64,000 bases of DNA from Candidatus Latescibacterota bacterium (GTDB taxonomy: Bacteria; Latescibacterota; UBA2968; UBA8231), in contig OZ241889.1 of NCBI GenBank assembly GCA_965203355.1, positions 3,456,001 to 3,520,000 of the forward strand, read 5' to 3'. The notes under the pieces were generated by a model. The model did no database searches and had not been told where the DNA came from. It saw only the letters and a list, made by a program, of their open reading frames with translations. Positions within the stretch are counted from its first letter, which is position 1; every line of letters begins with the position of its first letter. Below, in pieces: positions 29,476-40,059 of this stretch. The position numbers were made by a program, and so were the translations under genes.

Positions 29476-32400
29476 ATGAAGCTCGAAGACCTCCAAGTCA
29501 ATGCGGCCGTGCGCGGCATCCTGTCGGACAGCCTAGTCGCGGTCGTCAGTGTGCAGTGGTTCGGCTCCGAAGCGCTGGAACTGACCTACAAGACGCCGAC
29601 CGGCAAAGTCGCCAATGAGTTGCTCTATCGACGCGACGAGGCCCGGCTGGAAATCATGGAAGCGGGCCGGCCTTGGAGCTTTGATGGCGATGGCGCGTTG
29701 TTCCGCTTGGTCTCCGAAGCACAGCGGATCCGGCTCGCGCACCTTTTCGATCCAGTGCTCGCGGTTCACACCTCGGTGGTGGAGCCGCTGCCGCACCAGA
29801 TCACCGCGGTCTATGAATCCATGCTGCTGAGGCAGCCCCTGCGCTTCCTGCTCGCCGATGATCCCGGAGCCGGCAAGACCATTATGGCCGGATTGCTGAT
29901 CAAGGAATTTATCGCGCGTGGTGACTTGCAGCGCTGCTTGGTCGTATGCCCCGGCAGCCTCGCCGAGCAGTGGCAGGACGAGCTCTATCGGCGTTTTCAG
30001 TTGCCATTCGAGATCGCGACCAACGACAGGCTTGAGGCCGCACGCACCGGCAATTTTTTCCTCGAAACGAATCTGGTGATCGCCCGCCTCGACAAGCTCG
30101 CCCGGGCCGAGGACGTGCAGCAGAAGTTGCAGGCCCCTGATTGCCGATGGGACCTGGTGGTATGCGACGAGGCCCACAAGATGTCGGCCACCTTCTTCGG
30201 GGGCGAGGTCCAGTACACGAAACGCTACCGGCTCGGCCAGTTGCTGTCCTCGCTGACGCGGCATTTCCTGCTTATGACCGCTACGCCCCACAACGGCAAG
30301 GAGGCCGACTTCCAGCTCTTCATGGCCTTGCTGGACGGCGACCGCTTTGAAGGTCGTTTCCGCGATGGCGTGCATAGGGCCGACGTCTCGGACTTGATGC
30401 GGCGCATGGTCAAGGAGAACCTGCTGAAGTTCGATGGTACGCCCCTGTTTCCAGAGCGGATCGCGTACACGGTGTCGTACAGGCTCTCGGAAGAAGAGGC
30501 GCATCTCTACCAATCCGTTACCGACTACGTGCGCGACGAGTTCAGTCGCGCTGAGCAGCTCGGAAACGACAAGCGGGCCGGTAACGTTGGCTTCGCTTTG
30601 ACGATCCTCCAGCGTCGCTTGGCCTCGTCGCCGGAAGCCATCTACCAGTCTTTGCGCCGCCGCCGCGAGCGACTAGCAAGCCGGTTGCGCGCGCTCGAAG
30701 TGCTGCAACGAGGCCATGAGGCGGCGACCGCCTTGGCGACCGCTGGGCCTAAGCTGGACCCGGAGGACCTCGATGACCTCGATGAGGCCCCGGACAGCGA
30801 GGTCGAGGCCGCCGAGGCGGAAATCCTCGATCAGGCCACGGCCGCCCGGTCTATCGCCGAACTCAAAGCGGAAATCGCAACCCTGCGATCGCTGGAGGGC
30901 TTATCACTCCGCGTGCGGCGCAGCGGTGCCGACACCAAATGGCGCGAGTTGGCCAGCCTGCTCGGCGCGATCTTCACGGCGGGCGGGCTAGCCGGCCAGA
31001 TTGCCGAGCCGGACGTCCCCTACGGTGCTGGAGCGATTCCAAAGCCGCGGTCGTCGCCGCGGCAGAAACTCGTCATCTTCACCGAGCATCGCGACACGCT
31101 GAGCTATCTCGCGGACCGCATCACCACGCTGCTTGGTCGCCCGGCCGCGGTCGTCGTGATCCACGGCGGCCTGGGGCGAGAAGACCGGCTCAAGGCGCAG
31201 GAGGCCTTCCGCCACGACCCGGCGGTCCAGGTTCTGCTGGCTACCGACGCGGCGGGCGAGGGCATCAACCTCCAGCGGGCGCATCTGATGGTCAACTACG
31301 ACCTGCCTTGGAATCCGAATCGGCTGGAGCAGCGGTTTGGTCGCATCCACCGCATCGGGCAAACCGAGGTCTGCCATCTGTGGAATTTGGTGGCTCGCGA
31401 GACGCGGGAAGGCGATGTCTATCGCAAGCTGCTGGACAAGCTCGAACAGGCCCGCCAGTCGCTGGGCGGCCAGGTCTTTGACGTGCTCGGCAAGCTGCAC
31501 TTTGCGGGCCGCCCGCTGCGCGACCTGCTGGTCGAGGCGATCCGCTACGGCGAGCAGCCCGAGGTTCGCGCCCGCCTGACCACGGTCGTCGATAATGCGC
31601 TGGATCGAGTGCATTTGCAGAGCCTGCTCGAAGAGCGTGCTCTCGCTCATGACGCGCTGGATGCGCGCCGGGTTCAGCGCGTCCGGGCGGACATGGAGCG
31701 CGCGGAAGCGCGTCGCCTGCAACCGCACTACATCGAGTCTTTTTTTTGCGCGGCGTTTCAGCGGCTCGGGGGGGTGGCCAAGCAACGCGAGCCGCGGCGC
31801 TACGAAGTCGCGCACGTACCAACGCCGATCCGCAACAGGGACCGGCTGATCGGGATCGGGGAGCCGGTGCTGCCTCGCTACGAGCGGATCGCCTTTGAGC
31901 AGTCTTTGGTGTCGCCGCCGGGCCAGCCGCTGGCGGCCTTCGTATGCCCGGGTCATCCGTTGCTGGACGCGGTGATAGACCTGACGCTGGAGCGCGACCG
32001 GGACTTGCTGAAGCGCGGTGCGGTCCTAGTGGACGAGCGGGACTTGGGCACGAAGCCGCGGGTGCTTTTCTGTATTGAGCACGCCATCCAAGACGCTAGC
32101 GTTACCAGCGCGGGCGATCGGCGCGTGATCGCCAAGCGCATGTTGTACGTCGAGCTGGAGGAATGCGGGGTCTCGCGCCACGTTCACTACGCGTCGTACC
32201 TCGACTACGGTCCGCTGACCGACGGCGATCCAGCCCTCAATTCGATTCTCGATTGCCCGGCGTGTGCTTGGCTAGACCGCGACTTGGAGGCGAAGGCGCA
32301 TGGCTATGCCGTGGCCCATGTCGTCCCGGAGCACTTGCAGGAAGTTCGGGACGCGAGGCTGGCGCTCATCGCCAAGACGGAAGCGGCCGTCCAGGATCGT

Positions 32401-33054
32401 CTCACCAAGGAGATCACCTACTGGGATCACCGCGCCGAGGAGTTGAAGGTGCAGGAGCAAGCTGGCAAGACCGGAGCGCGGCTCAATTCCGGCGAAGCGC
32501 GCAAGCGTGCGGACGACCTCCAAGCGAGGTTGCAAAAGCGCTTGGAGGAACTGAAACAGGAGGCGCAGATTTCGGCGTTGCCTCCGGTGGTGCTTGGTGG
32601 GGTGCTCGTGGTGCCGCAGGGCTTGTTGAACAAGCTGAAGGCGGCTGAGTCGGCGCCGGTCGCCTTAACGGCCGATCCACAGGCGGCTGCGGCCCGCGCC
32701 CGGGCCGTCATCATGGCAGTCGAGCGGCAGCTCGGTTTTGAACCCATAGACCGGGAGTTTGAAAAGCTGGGCTACGACATTGAAAGCCGGGTGCCGGGCA
32801 CGGGTCGGCTGCGGTTTATTGAGGTGAAGGGTCGGGTGAGTGGGGCGCCGACGATAACGGTGACTCGCAATGAGATTCTCTACTCGCTCAACAAGCCCGA
32901 GGACTACATTCTCGGCATCGTCGAGTTTCTAGCGGATGGTCAGCACCGGGTACACTACGTAAGGGAGCCGTTCCAACGCGAACCCGACTTTGGGGTGGCG
33001 AGTGTGAATTACGACTTCGCCGAGCTGTTGGCGCGGGCGCAGCCGCCTTCGTGA
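29476..33054 (+). CDS. SNF2-family helicase with C-terminal DUF3883 (PD-(D/E)xK-like) nuclease domain
   Basis: LLADDPGAGKT, DEAH, TATPHNG, ATDAAGEGINLQ, QRFGRIHRIGQ; C-terminal GYDIESR...FIEVKGR. Confidence 0.9.
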   Translation: MKLEDLQVNAAVRGILSDSLVAVVSVQWFGSEALELTYKTPTGKVANELLYRRDEARLEIMEAGRPWSFDGDGALFRLVSEAQRIRLAHLFDPVLAVHTSVVEPLPHQITAVYESMLLRQPLRFLLADDPGAGKTIMAGLLIKEFIARGDLQRCLVVCPGSLAEQWQDELYRRFQLPFEIATNDRLEAARTGNFFLETNLVIARLDKLARAEDVQQKLQAPDCRWDLVVCDEAHKMSATFFGGEVQYTKRYRLGQLLSSLTRHFLLMTATPHNGKEADFQLFMALLDGDRFEGRFRDGVHRADVSDLMRRMVKENLLKFDGTPLFPERIAYTVSYRLSEEEAHLYQSVTDYVRDEFSRAEQLGNDKRAGNVGFALTILQRRLASSPEAIYQSLRRRRERLASRLRALEVLQRGHEAATALATAGPKLDPEDLDDLDEAPDSEVEAAEAEILDQATAARSIAELKAEIATLRSLEGLSLRVRRSGADTKWRELASLLGAIFTAGGLAGQIAEPDVPYGAGAIPKPRSSPRQKLVIFTEHRDTLSYLADRITTLLGRPAAVVVIHGGLGREDRLKAQEAFRHDPAVQVLLATDAAGEGINLQRAHLMVNYDLPWNPNRLEQRFGRIHRIGQTEVCHLWNLVARETREGDVYRKLLDKLEQARQSLGGQVFDVLGKLHFAGRPLRDLLVEAIRYGEQPEVRARLTTVVDNALDRVHLQSLLEERALAHDALDARRVQRVRADMERAEARRLQPHYIESFFCAAFQRLGGVAKQREPRRYEVAHVPTPIRNRDRLIGIGEPVLPRYERIAFEQSLVSPPGQPLAAFVCPGHPLLDAVIDLTLERDRDLLKRGAVLVDERDLGTKPRVLFCIEHAIQDASVTSAGDRRVIAKRMLYVELEECGVSRHVHYASYLDYGPLTDGDPALNSILDCPACAWLDRDLEAKAHGYAVAHVVPEHLQEVRDARLALIAKTEAAVQDRLTKEITYWDHRAEELKVQEQAGKTGARLNSGEARKRADDLQARLQKRLEELKQEAQISALPPVVLGGVLVVPQGLLNKLKAAESAPVALTADPQAAAARARAVIMAVERQLGFEPIDREFEKLGYDIESRVPGTGRLRFIEVKGRVSGAPTITVTRNEILYSLNKPEDYILGIVEFLADGQHRVHYVREPFQREPDFGVASVNYDFAELLARAQPPS

Positions 33055-33168
33055 AGCGGCATTCAAGGAGCGGGGCGGGCTGTTTTCGGGATCTGCAAGG
33101 GACGTTGGCTCGTCTGAAACCTAGGGAGATTCCCTTTGCGGAAAAGACGTTGTGAAGCGAGAGAATTC

Positions 33169-33197
33169 TTGACAGCCATGACTGGTGCTCATAGCTT
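33169..33197 (+). promoter_or_regulatory. sigma70-type promoter TTGACA-N17-TAGCTT
   Basis: Upstream of the XRE gene, followed by AAGGAG RBSs. Confidence 0.5.
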
Positions 33198-33268
33198 TTG
33201 CGCGGCCACGCGACAGTTCGAGACTTGAATCATCTAACTGGTTAAGGAGGTTTTAAGGAGAAAAAGAA

Positions 33269-33589
33269 ATGACCAATCGGTATGGGTCTATGTTAGACAT
33301 GCTTTCGAGTTATGAAGACCCAGGGATTGAAGATTTGCAACAGAAGGTCGCAGAAAAATCTGCTAAAATGACGCTCGCTCGCGCCCTGTTCTGTTTGCGA
33401 AATGCACAAGGATTGACGCAGGAAGAGCTGGCGGAAAAAATGGGTCAACCCCTTAGCCTCGTCGAGAAAATTGAGCATTGCGACGACGACCAGATGCGTA
33501 TACAAGACTTAATGATATACGTTTCTGCCATGGGTTATCGTCTTTCCGTGGGGATTCCGCCGGGCAGTTTAATTCGGATGAGGTGTTAA
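33269..33589 (+). CDS. XRE-family HTH protein
   Basis: LRNAQGLTQEELAEKMG....VEKIE; strong RBS. Confidence 0.75.
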   Translation: MTNRYGSMLDMLSSYEDPGIEDLQQKVAEKSAKMTLARALFCLRNAQGLTQEELAEKMGQPLSLVEKIEHCDDDQMRIQDLMIYVSAMGYRLSVGIPPGSLIRMRC

Positions 33590-33590
33590 G

Positions 33591-34076
33591 ATGAAGTTCG
33601 ATAATCCTATATTTTTTTTATTGGCTGGATCAACGCTTGTCGGTATAGGTATTTGGATCGGTCGGACCGAATTTCTGAATAAAGCGGTCCGCGACGCACT
33701 AGAAGAAATCAAGCAAATCCTTGTAGGGTTAAAGGAAAATACGGATAAAATACTTGATAAGATCAGCTCTGGAACCATTGAAGGGGAAAGCCCTTATAGA
33801 TTAAACGATAAGGGGCTTAGTGTTTCCAATTCTATTGACGCAAAACAGTGGGCAAAAGGAAAAGCACAAGAGCTTGTCCCTCGCATAAGCGGGAAGCAGC
33901 CATTTGAAATATATGAATCTTGTAAGGATTTTGTGCGGTATGAATTTGAGCCCAACGACGCATTTCTTAAAAAAATGAAAAAGTGTGCGTATGAAAATGC
34001 GATCTCTGTTAGTGAGGTTGAGGATGTTTTAATAATAGAATTACGCGATGCAATAATAAGTATATTGCCTGATTGA
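33591..34076 (+). CDS. Hypothetical membrane-anchored protein (N-terminal TM, short coiled coil, SPYRL motif)
   Basis: AT-rich ORF starting 1 bp after the XRE gene; hydrophobic N-terminus. Confidence 0.65.
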   Translation: MKFDNPIFFLLAGSTLVGIGIWIGRTEFLNKAVRDALEEIKQILVGLKENTDKILDKISSGTIEGESPYRLNDKGLSVSNSIDAKQWAKGKAQELVPRISGKQPFEIYESCKDFVRYEFEPNDAFLKKMKKCAYENAISVSEVEDVLIIELRDAIISILPD

Positions 34077-34103
34077 TTGTATGATAGGAGTCGGCGGTCC
34101 GTC

Positions 34104-34314
34104 CACGCACCAACCATCAGCCGGCTCGTCCCCGCATTCCGAAACCAAAAAAATGAAGAAAAAGTTAATTGAAGTCGCGCTGCCGCTTGATGCGATTAAC
34201 GCGGCGGCGCGGGAAAAATCCATCGGCCACGGGCATCCCCGGCAACGAGCAGGTGCTCGGCAAGGCGTGGGCCGGGATTCGCCGGAACTGGCGGCGTGCG
34301 TGCGCCGATAATGC
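34104..34314 (+). pseudogene. Degenerate copy of the DUF1156 methyltransferase 5' region with an internal deletion
   Basis: 34104-34238 resembles 35373-35510 ([29 protein letters not shown]). 34239-34314 resembles 35690-35765 ([23 protein letters not shown] vs GNEKVLGEARAEIRRSWRRTCAD). Confidence 0.85.
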
Positions 34315-34426
34315 CCCTTAGTGAGTATCACACGCCATACGGCAAGGCACTTGACAGGGATAAAGGGATTGCGGACGCTCTTTTTATCGTCGCAATGCGG
34401 CGCCCACAAGTAAGGGAGATTGCGCT

Positions 34427-34879
34427 ATGAACGAACCGATTACTCAAGCCCAAGATCACGACCGCCGCCTTGGACGGCTGGAAGGCATCGCCGAGCAGTT
34501 GACCGAACAGGGCCGCCAGACCAACGCTCGTTTAGACCGCATTGAACAAGCCATTGCCGAGCAAGGCTCTCGCATGGACGCGCAAAGCCACGAACTGCGG
34601 CAAGCCATTGCCGAGCAAGGCTCTCGCATGGACGCGCAAAGCCACGAACTGCGGCAAGCCATTGCCGAGCAAGGCTCTCGCATGGACGCGCAAAGCCACG
34701 AACTGCGGCAAGCCATTGCTGAGCAAGGCTCTCGCATGGACGCGCAAGGCCACGAACTGCGGCAAGCCATTGCCGAGCAAGGTCGCCGCATAGACAAGCT
34801 GACGCGCTGGCTGGTCGGCATGCAGATTGCCACCTTACTAGCCCTCGGCACACTCATTTTGTCGCGCTTGCCGGGGTAG
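34427..34879 (+). CDS. Coiled-coil protein with C-terminal membrane anchor (DUF1640/CCDC90-like architecture)
   Basis: 18-aa repeats QAIAEQGSRMDAQSHELR, then RWLVGMQIATLLALGTLIL; GGGAG RBS. Confidence 0.7.
   Translation: MNEPITQAQDHDRRLGRLEGIAEQLTEQGRQTNARLDRIEQAIAEQGSRMDAQSHELRQAIAEQGSRMDAQSHELRQAIAEQGSRMDAQSHELRQAIAEQGSRMDAQGHELRQAIAEQGRRIDKLTRWLVGMQIATLLALGTLILSRLPG
34547..34782. repeat. 54-bp tandem repeat, ~4.4 near-identical copies
   Basis: caagccattgccgagcaaggctctcgcatggacgcgcaaagccacgaactgcgg at 34547, 34601, 34655, 34709, partial at 34763. Confidence 0.95.
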
Positions 34880-34896
34880 CCCAAGGCGACTGCGCT

Positions 34897-35178
34897 ATGA
34901 ACGAACCGATTACTCAAGCCCAAGATCACGACCGCCGCTTTGGATGGCTGGAAGGGATCGCCGAGCAATTCACGCACCGCTTGGACCGCCTAGAGCGAGC
35001 CATAGAGACGCAAGGTCGCGAGCTGCGGCAAGCCATCGAAGAGCAAGGCCGCCAGACCGCCGCCCGCATGGAGGCGCTGCGGCAAGAACACCGCCGTGAC
35101 TTTCGCTGGCTGGTCGGTATTCAGCTAACGACCTTGATCGCCCTCGGCACGCTCATTTTGTCGCGCTTGCCGGGGTAG
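34897..35178 (+). CDS. Short paralogue of 34427-34879 (coiled coil plus C-terminal TM)
   Basis: Identical N-terminus MNEPITQAQDHDRR and C-terminus ALGTLILSRLPG. Confidence 0.7.
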   Translation: MNEPITQAQDHDRRFGWLEGIAEQFTHRLDRLERAIETQGRELRQAIEEQGRQTAARMEALRQEHRRDFRWLVGIQLTTLIALGTLILSRLPG

Positions 35179-35269
35179 GGGCGTGCTATGAGACGCCAAA
35201 AGCTAGCGTACATTTGAGGCCGCCCGCTAAGCATGGATTGACGCGCCGGCCGAAGGGCTGCTGTATGAT

Positions 35270-35360
35270 AGTGGTCAGTGGTCAGTGGTCAGTGGTCAGT
35301 CCCATCCGCTCGTAGGGTGTGGTGCGGCGACTGGTCACTGGCCACCGGCCACCGGCCACT
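35270..35360 (+). repeat. Heptamer-repeat inverted repeat forming a 32-bp hairpin
   Basis: (GTGGTCA)x4 arm pairs with gactggtcactggccaccggccaccggccact (G-U pairs, two A-C mismatches). Confidence 0.8.
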
Positions 35361-35415
35361 GATTGATCAGTTCACGCACCAATTATCAGTCGGCTCGTCC
35401 CCGTATTCCGAAACC

Positions 35416-38301
<2,886 letters not shown>

Positions 38302-38304
38302 AAA

Positions 38305-38988
38305 ATGCCAACGTCCAAGCGAATAGTCTGCCTTGCTAACTCGCGAAAACTGTACGGGCGCTGCGTCGCCGGAGTCGAGCTGATTGGGAATAAGCCCTCT
38401 GGCTGGATCCGGCCGGTTAGCGCGCGCGATCATCAAGAAGTGTCTGAGTACGAGAGGCAATACGAGGACGGCAGCGATCCAATACTGTTGGACATTATTG
38501 ACATTCCGCTCTTGGAGGCGTGCCCGAAGGATTACCAACAGGAAAATTGGCTGCTGGATCATGAACACTACTGGCAGAAAGTGGATATCTTGCCGTGGGG
38601 CGAGTTGCGCCGAATTGCCGATTCGACCGGGACACTTTGGCGGAACGGAGGCCATACCTATAACGGACAGAACGATCAGATACCGCTGCCAGAAGCATGT
38701 TTGGAAGACCATTCACTCAAGCTCGTTCATGTCGATGGCATGGAGCTCCGAGTGTTTGCGCCCGGCACGGCCTTTGGAAACGCAAAACGGCGCGTTCAAG
38801 CACGGTTTCGCTTTTCGGGTGCCGACTATGCGTTGTGGGTGACCGATCCTCGAATCGAACGCGCCTATTTGGCGAAGGCAGATGGCGAACATCAGCTTGG
38901 CGAGTGTTATCTGACGGTAAGTCTTGGTGAGCCCTTCAATGAACACTGTCACAAGTTGGTCGCCGCCGTACTAGAGAGACCACGATGA
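38305..38988 (+). CDS. Dual OB-fold domain-containing protein
   Basis: IVCLANSRK..GRCVAG...WIRPV, QQENW, RVQARF, VTDP, LTVSLGEP...HKLVAAV. Confidence 0.7.
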   Translation: MPTSKRIVCLANSRKLYGRCVAGVELIGNKPSGWIRPVSARDHQEVSEYERQYEDGSDPILLDIIDIPLLEACPKDYQQENWLLDHEHYWQKVDILPWGELRRIADSTGTLWRNGGHTYNGQNDQIPLPEACLEDHSLKLVHVDGMELRVFAPGTAFGNAKRRVQARFRFSGADYALWVTDPRIERAYLAKADGEHQLGECYLTVSLGEPFNEHCHKLVAAVLERPR

Positions 38989-39638
38989 TGAAGCAAAAGG
39001 AAGTGTCCACGATTTATACGATAGGCCACTCGTCGCACGAATTCAACCGATTTGTAGCGTTGCTAAAGCGGCATGGGATCGAAGCGGTGGCAGACGTGCG
39101 TTCGACACCCTACAGCCGCTGGCAACCGCAGTTCAATCGAGAAGATTTGGAGTCAGCACTCAAGACGAAAGGAATCGCCTATGTCTTTCTCGGCAAGGAA
39201 CTCGGCGCGAGGCGCGAGGATCCCGCGTGCTACGAAAGTGGGCGCGTCAAATTCCGAAAAATCGCTCAGACAGCGCTTTTCCAGGCTGGGCTTCAACGTG
39301 TGCGAGACGGGTCGGAACGAATGAGGGTGGCTCTCATGTGTGCCGAGAGGGAGCCGCTTGAGTGCCACCGAACCATCTTGGTCACACGCGAGCTCGTGAG
39401 AAGCGGCAGCAAGGTAGCGCACATCTTGGCGAACGGCGACGTAGAATCGCACGAGATTGCGATGAAACGGCTTTTCGCTGACATGGGGCTACCAGAACAC
39501 GAACTGTTTCGGAGTGAAGCGGAATTGTTGGATAACGCCTACGCCGAACAAGAGAAGCGAATTGCGTACATAGACGAAAACCTCGCTAAAGAAGCGGCGG
39601 GGGCGGCGAATGAGAATTCTGACCATCGGCTTCACTAA
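38985..39638 (+). CDS. DUF488 family protein (long type)
   Basis: IYTIGHS, DVRSTPYSR..PQFN, LMCAEREPLECHR. Confidence 0.85.
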   Translation: MMKQKEVSTIYTIGHSSHEFNRFVALLKRHGIEAVADVRSTPYSRWQPQFNREDLESALKTKGIAYVFLGKELGARREDPACYESGRVKFRKIAQTALFQAGLQRVRDGSERMRVALMCAEREPLECHRTILVTRELVRSGSKVAHILANGDVESHEIAMKRLFADMGLPEHELFRSEAELLDNAYAEQEKRIAYIDENLAKEAAGAANENSDHRLH

Positions 39639-40047
39639 GAAGAGTGCCGAGCAGTTCTTCGAGACGCTGAAGAACGCGAAAGCCAAGCGTATCGTGGACG
39701 TTCGCTTGAATAACGTCTCACAACTCGCCGGTTTCGCGAAGAAGAAAGATCTAGAATACTTCTTGGAAAACCTATGTCACATGGAATACGCGCACGTGCC
39801 CAGTTTGGCGCCGACAAAGGAGATGCTGGATACCTATAAAAAGAACGGGGGCCGCTGGGAAGACTACGAGCAGCGTTTCATGCGATTGATGGAAGAGCGA
39901 CGTATTGAGGAGAAGCTTAAGCCGGACATGTTAGAAGACGCATGTTTGCTTTGTAGCGAGGACAAACCTCATCACTGCCACCGAAGGTTAGTCGCCGAGT
40001 ACCTAAAGGAGCACTGGGAAAACGTCGAAATTGACCACCTCGGTTAG
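39610..40047 (+). CDS. DUF488 family protein (short type)
   Basis: TIGFTKKSAEQFF, DVRLNNVSQLAGFAK, LLCSEDKPHHCHRRLVAE. Confidence 0.85.
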   Translation: MRILTIGFTKKSAEQFFETLKNAKAKRIVDVRLNNVSQLAGFAKKKDLEYFLENLCHMEYAHVPSLAPTKEMLDTYKKNGGRWEDYEQRFMRLMEERRIEEKLKPDMLEDACLLCSEDKPHHCHRRLVAEYLKEHWENVEIDHLG

Positions 40048-40059
40048 GAAGAGTAACAC

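Noticed and set aside
29533-31956. Long antisense ORFs opposite the SNF2 gene (also 41785-42972 opposite DUF499 and 24134-25132)
   Set aside because: These are shadow ORFs expected from high-GC codon bias and carry no recognisable motifs.
34547-34782. Regular repeats as a possible CRISPR array
   Set aside because: Units are contiguous 54-bp tandem copies with no unique spacers, they are in frame within a CDS, and no cas genes are present.
35278-35415. N-terminal extension of the DUF1156 ORF
   Set aside because: It is a translation of the heptamer hairpin. The family motif starts at [12 protein letters not shown].
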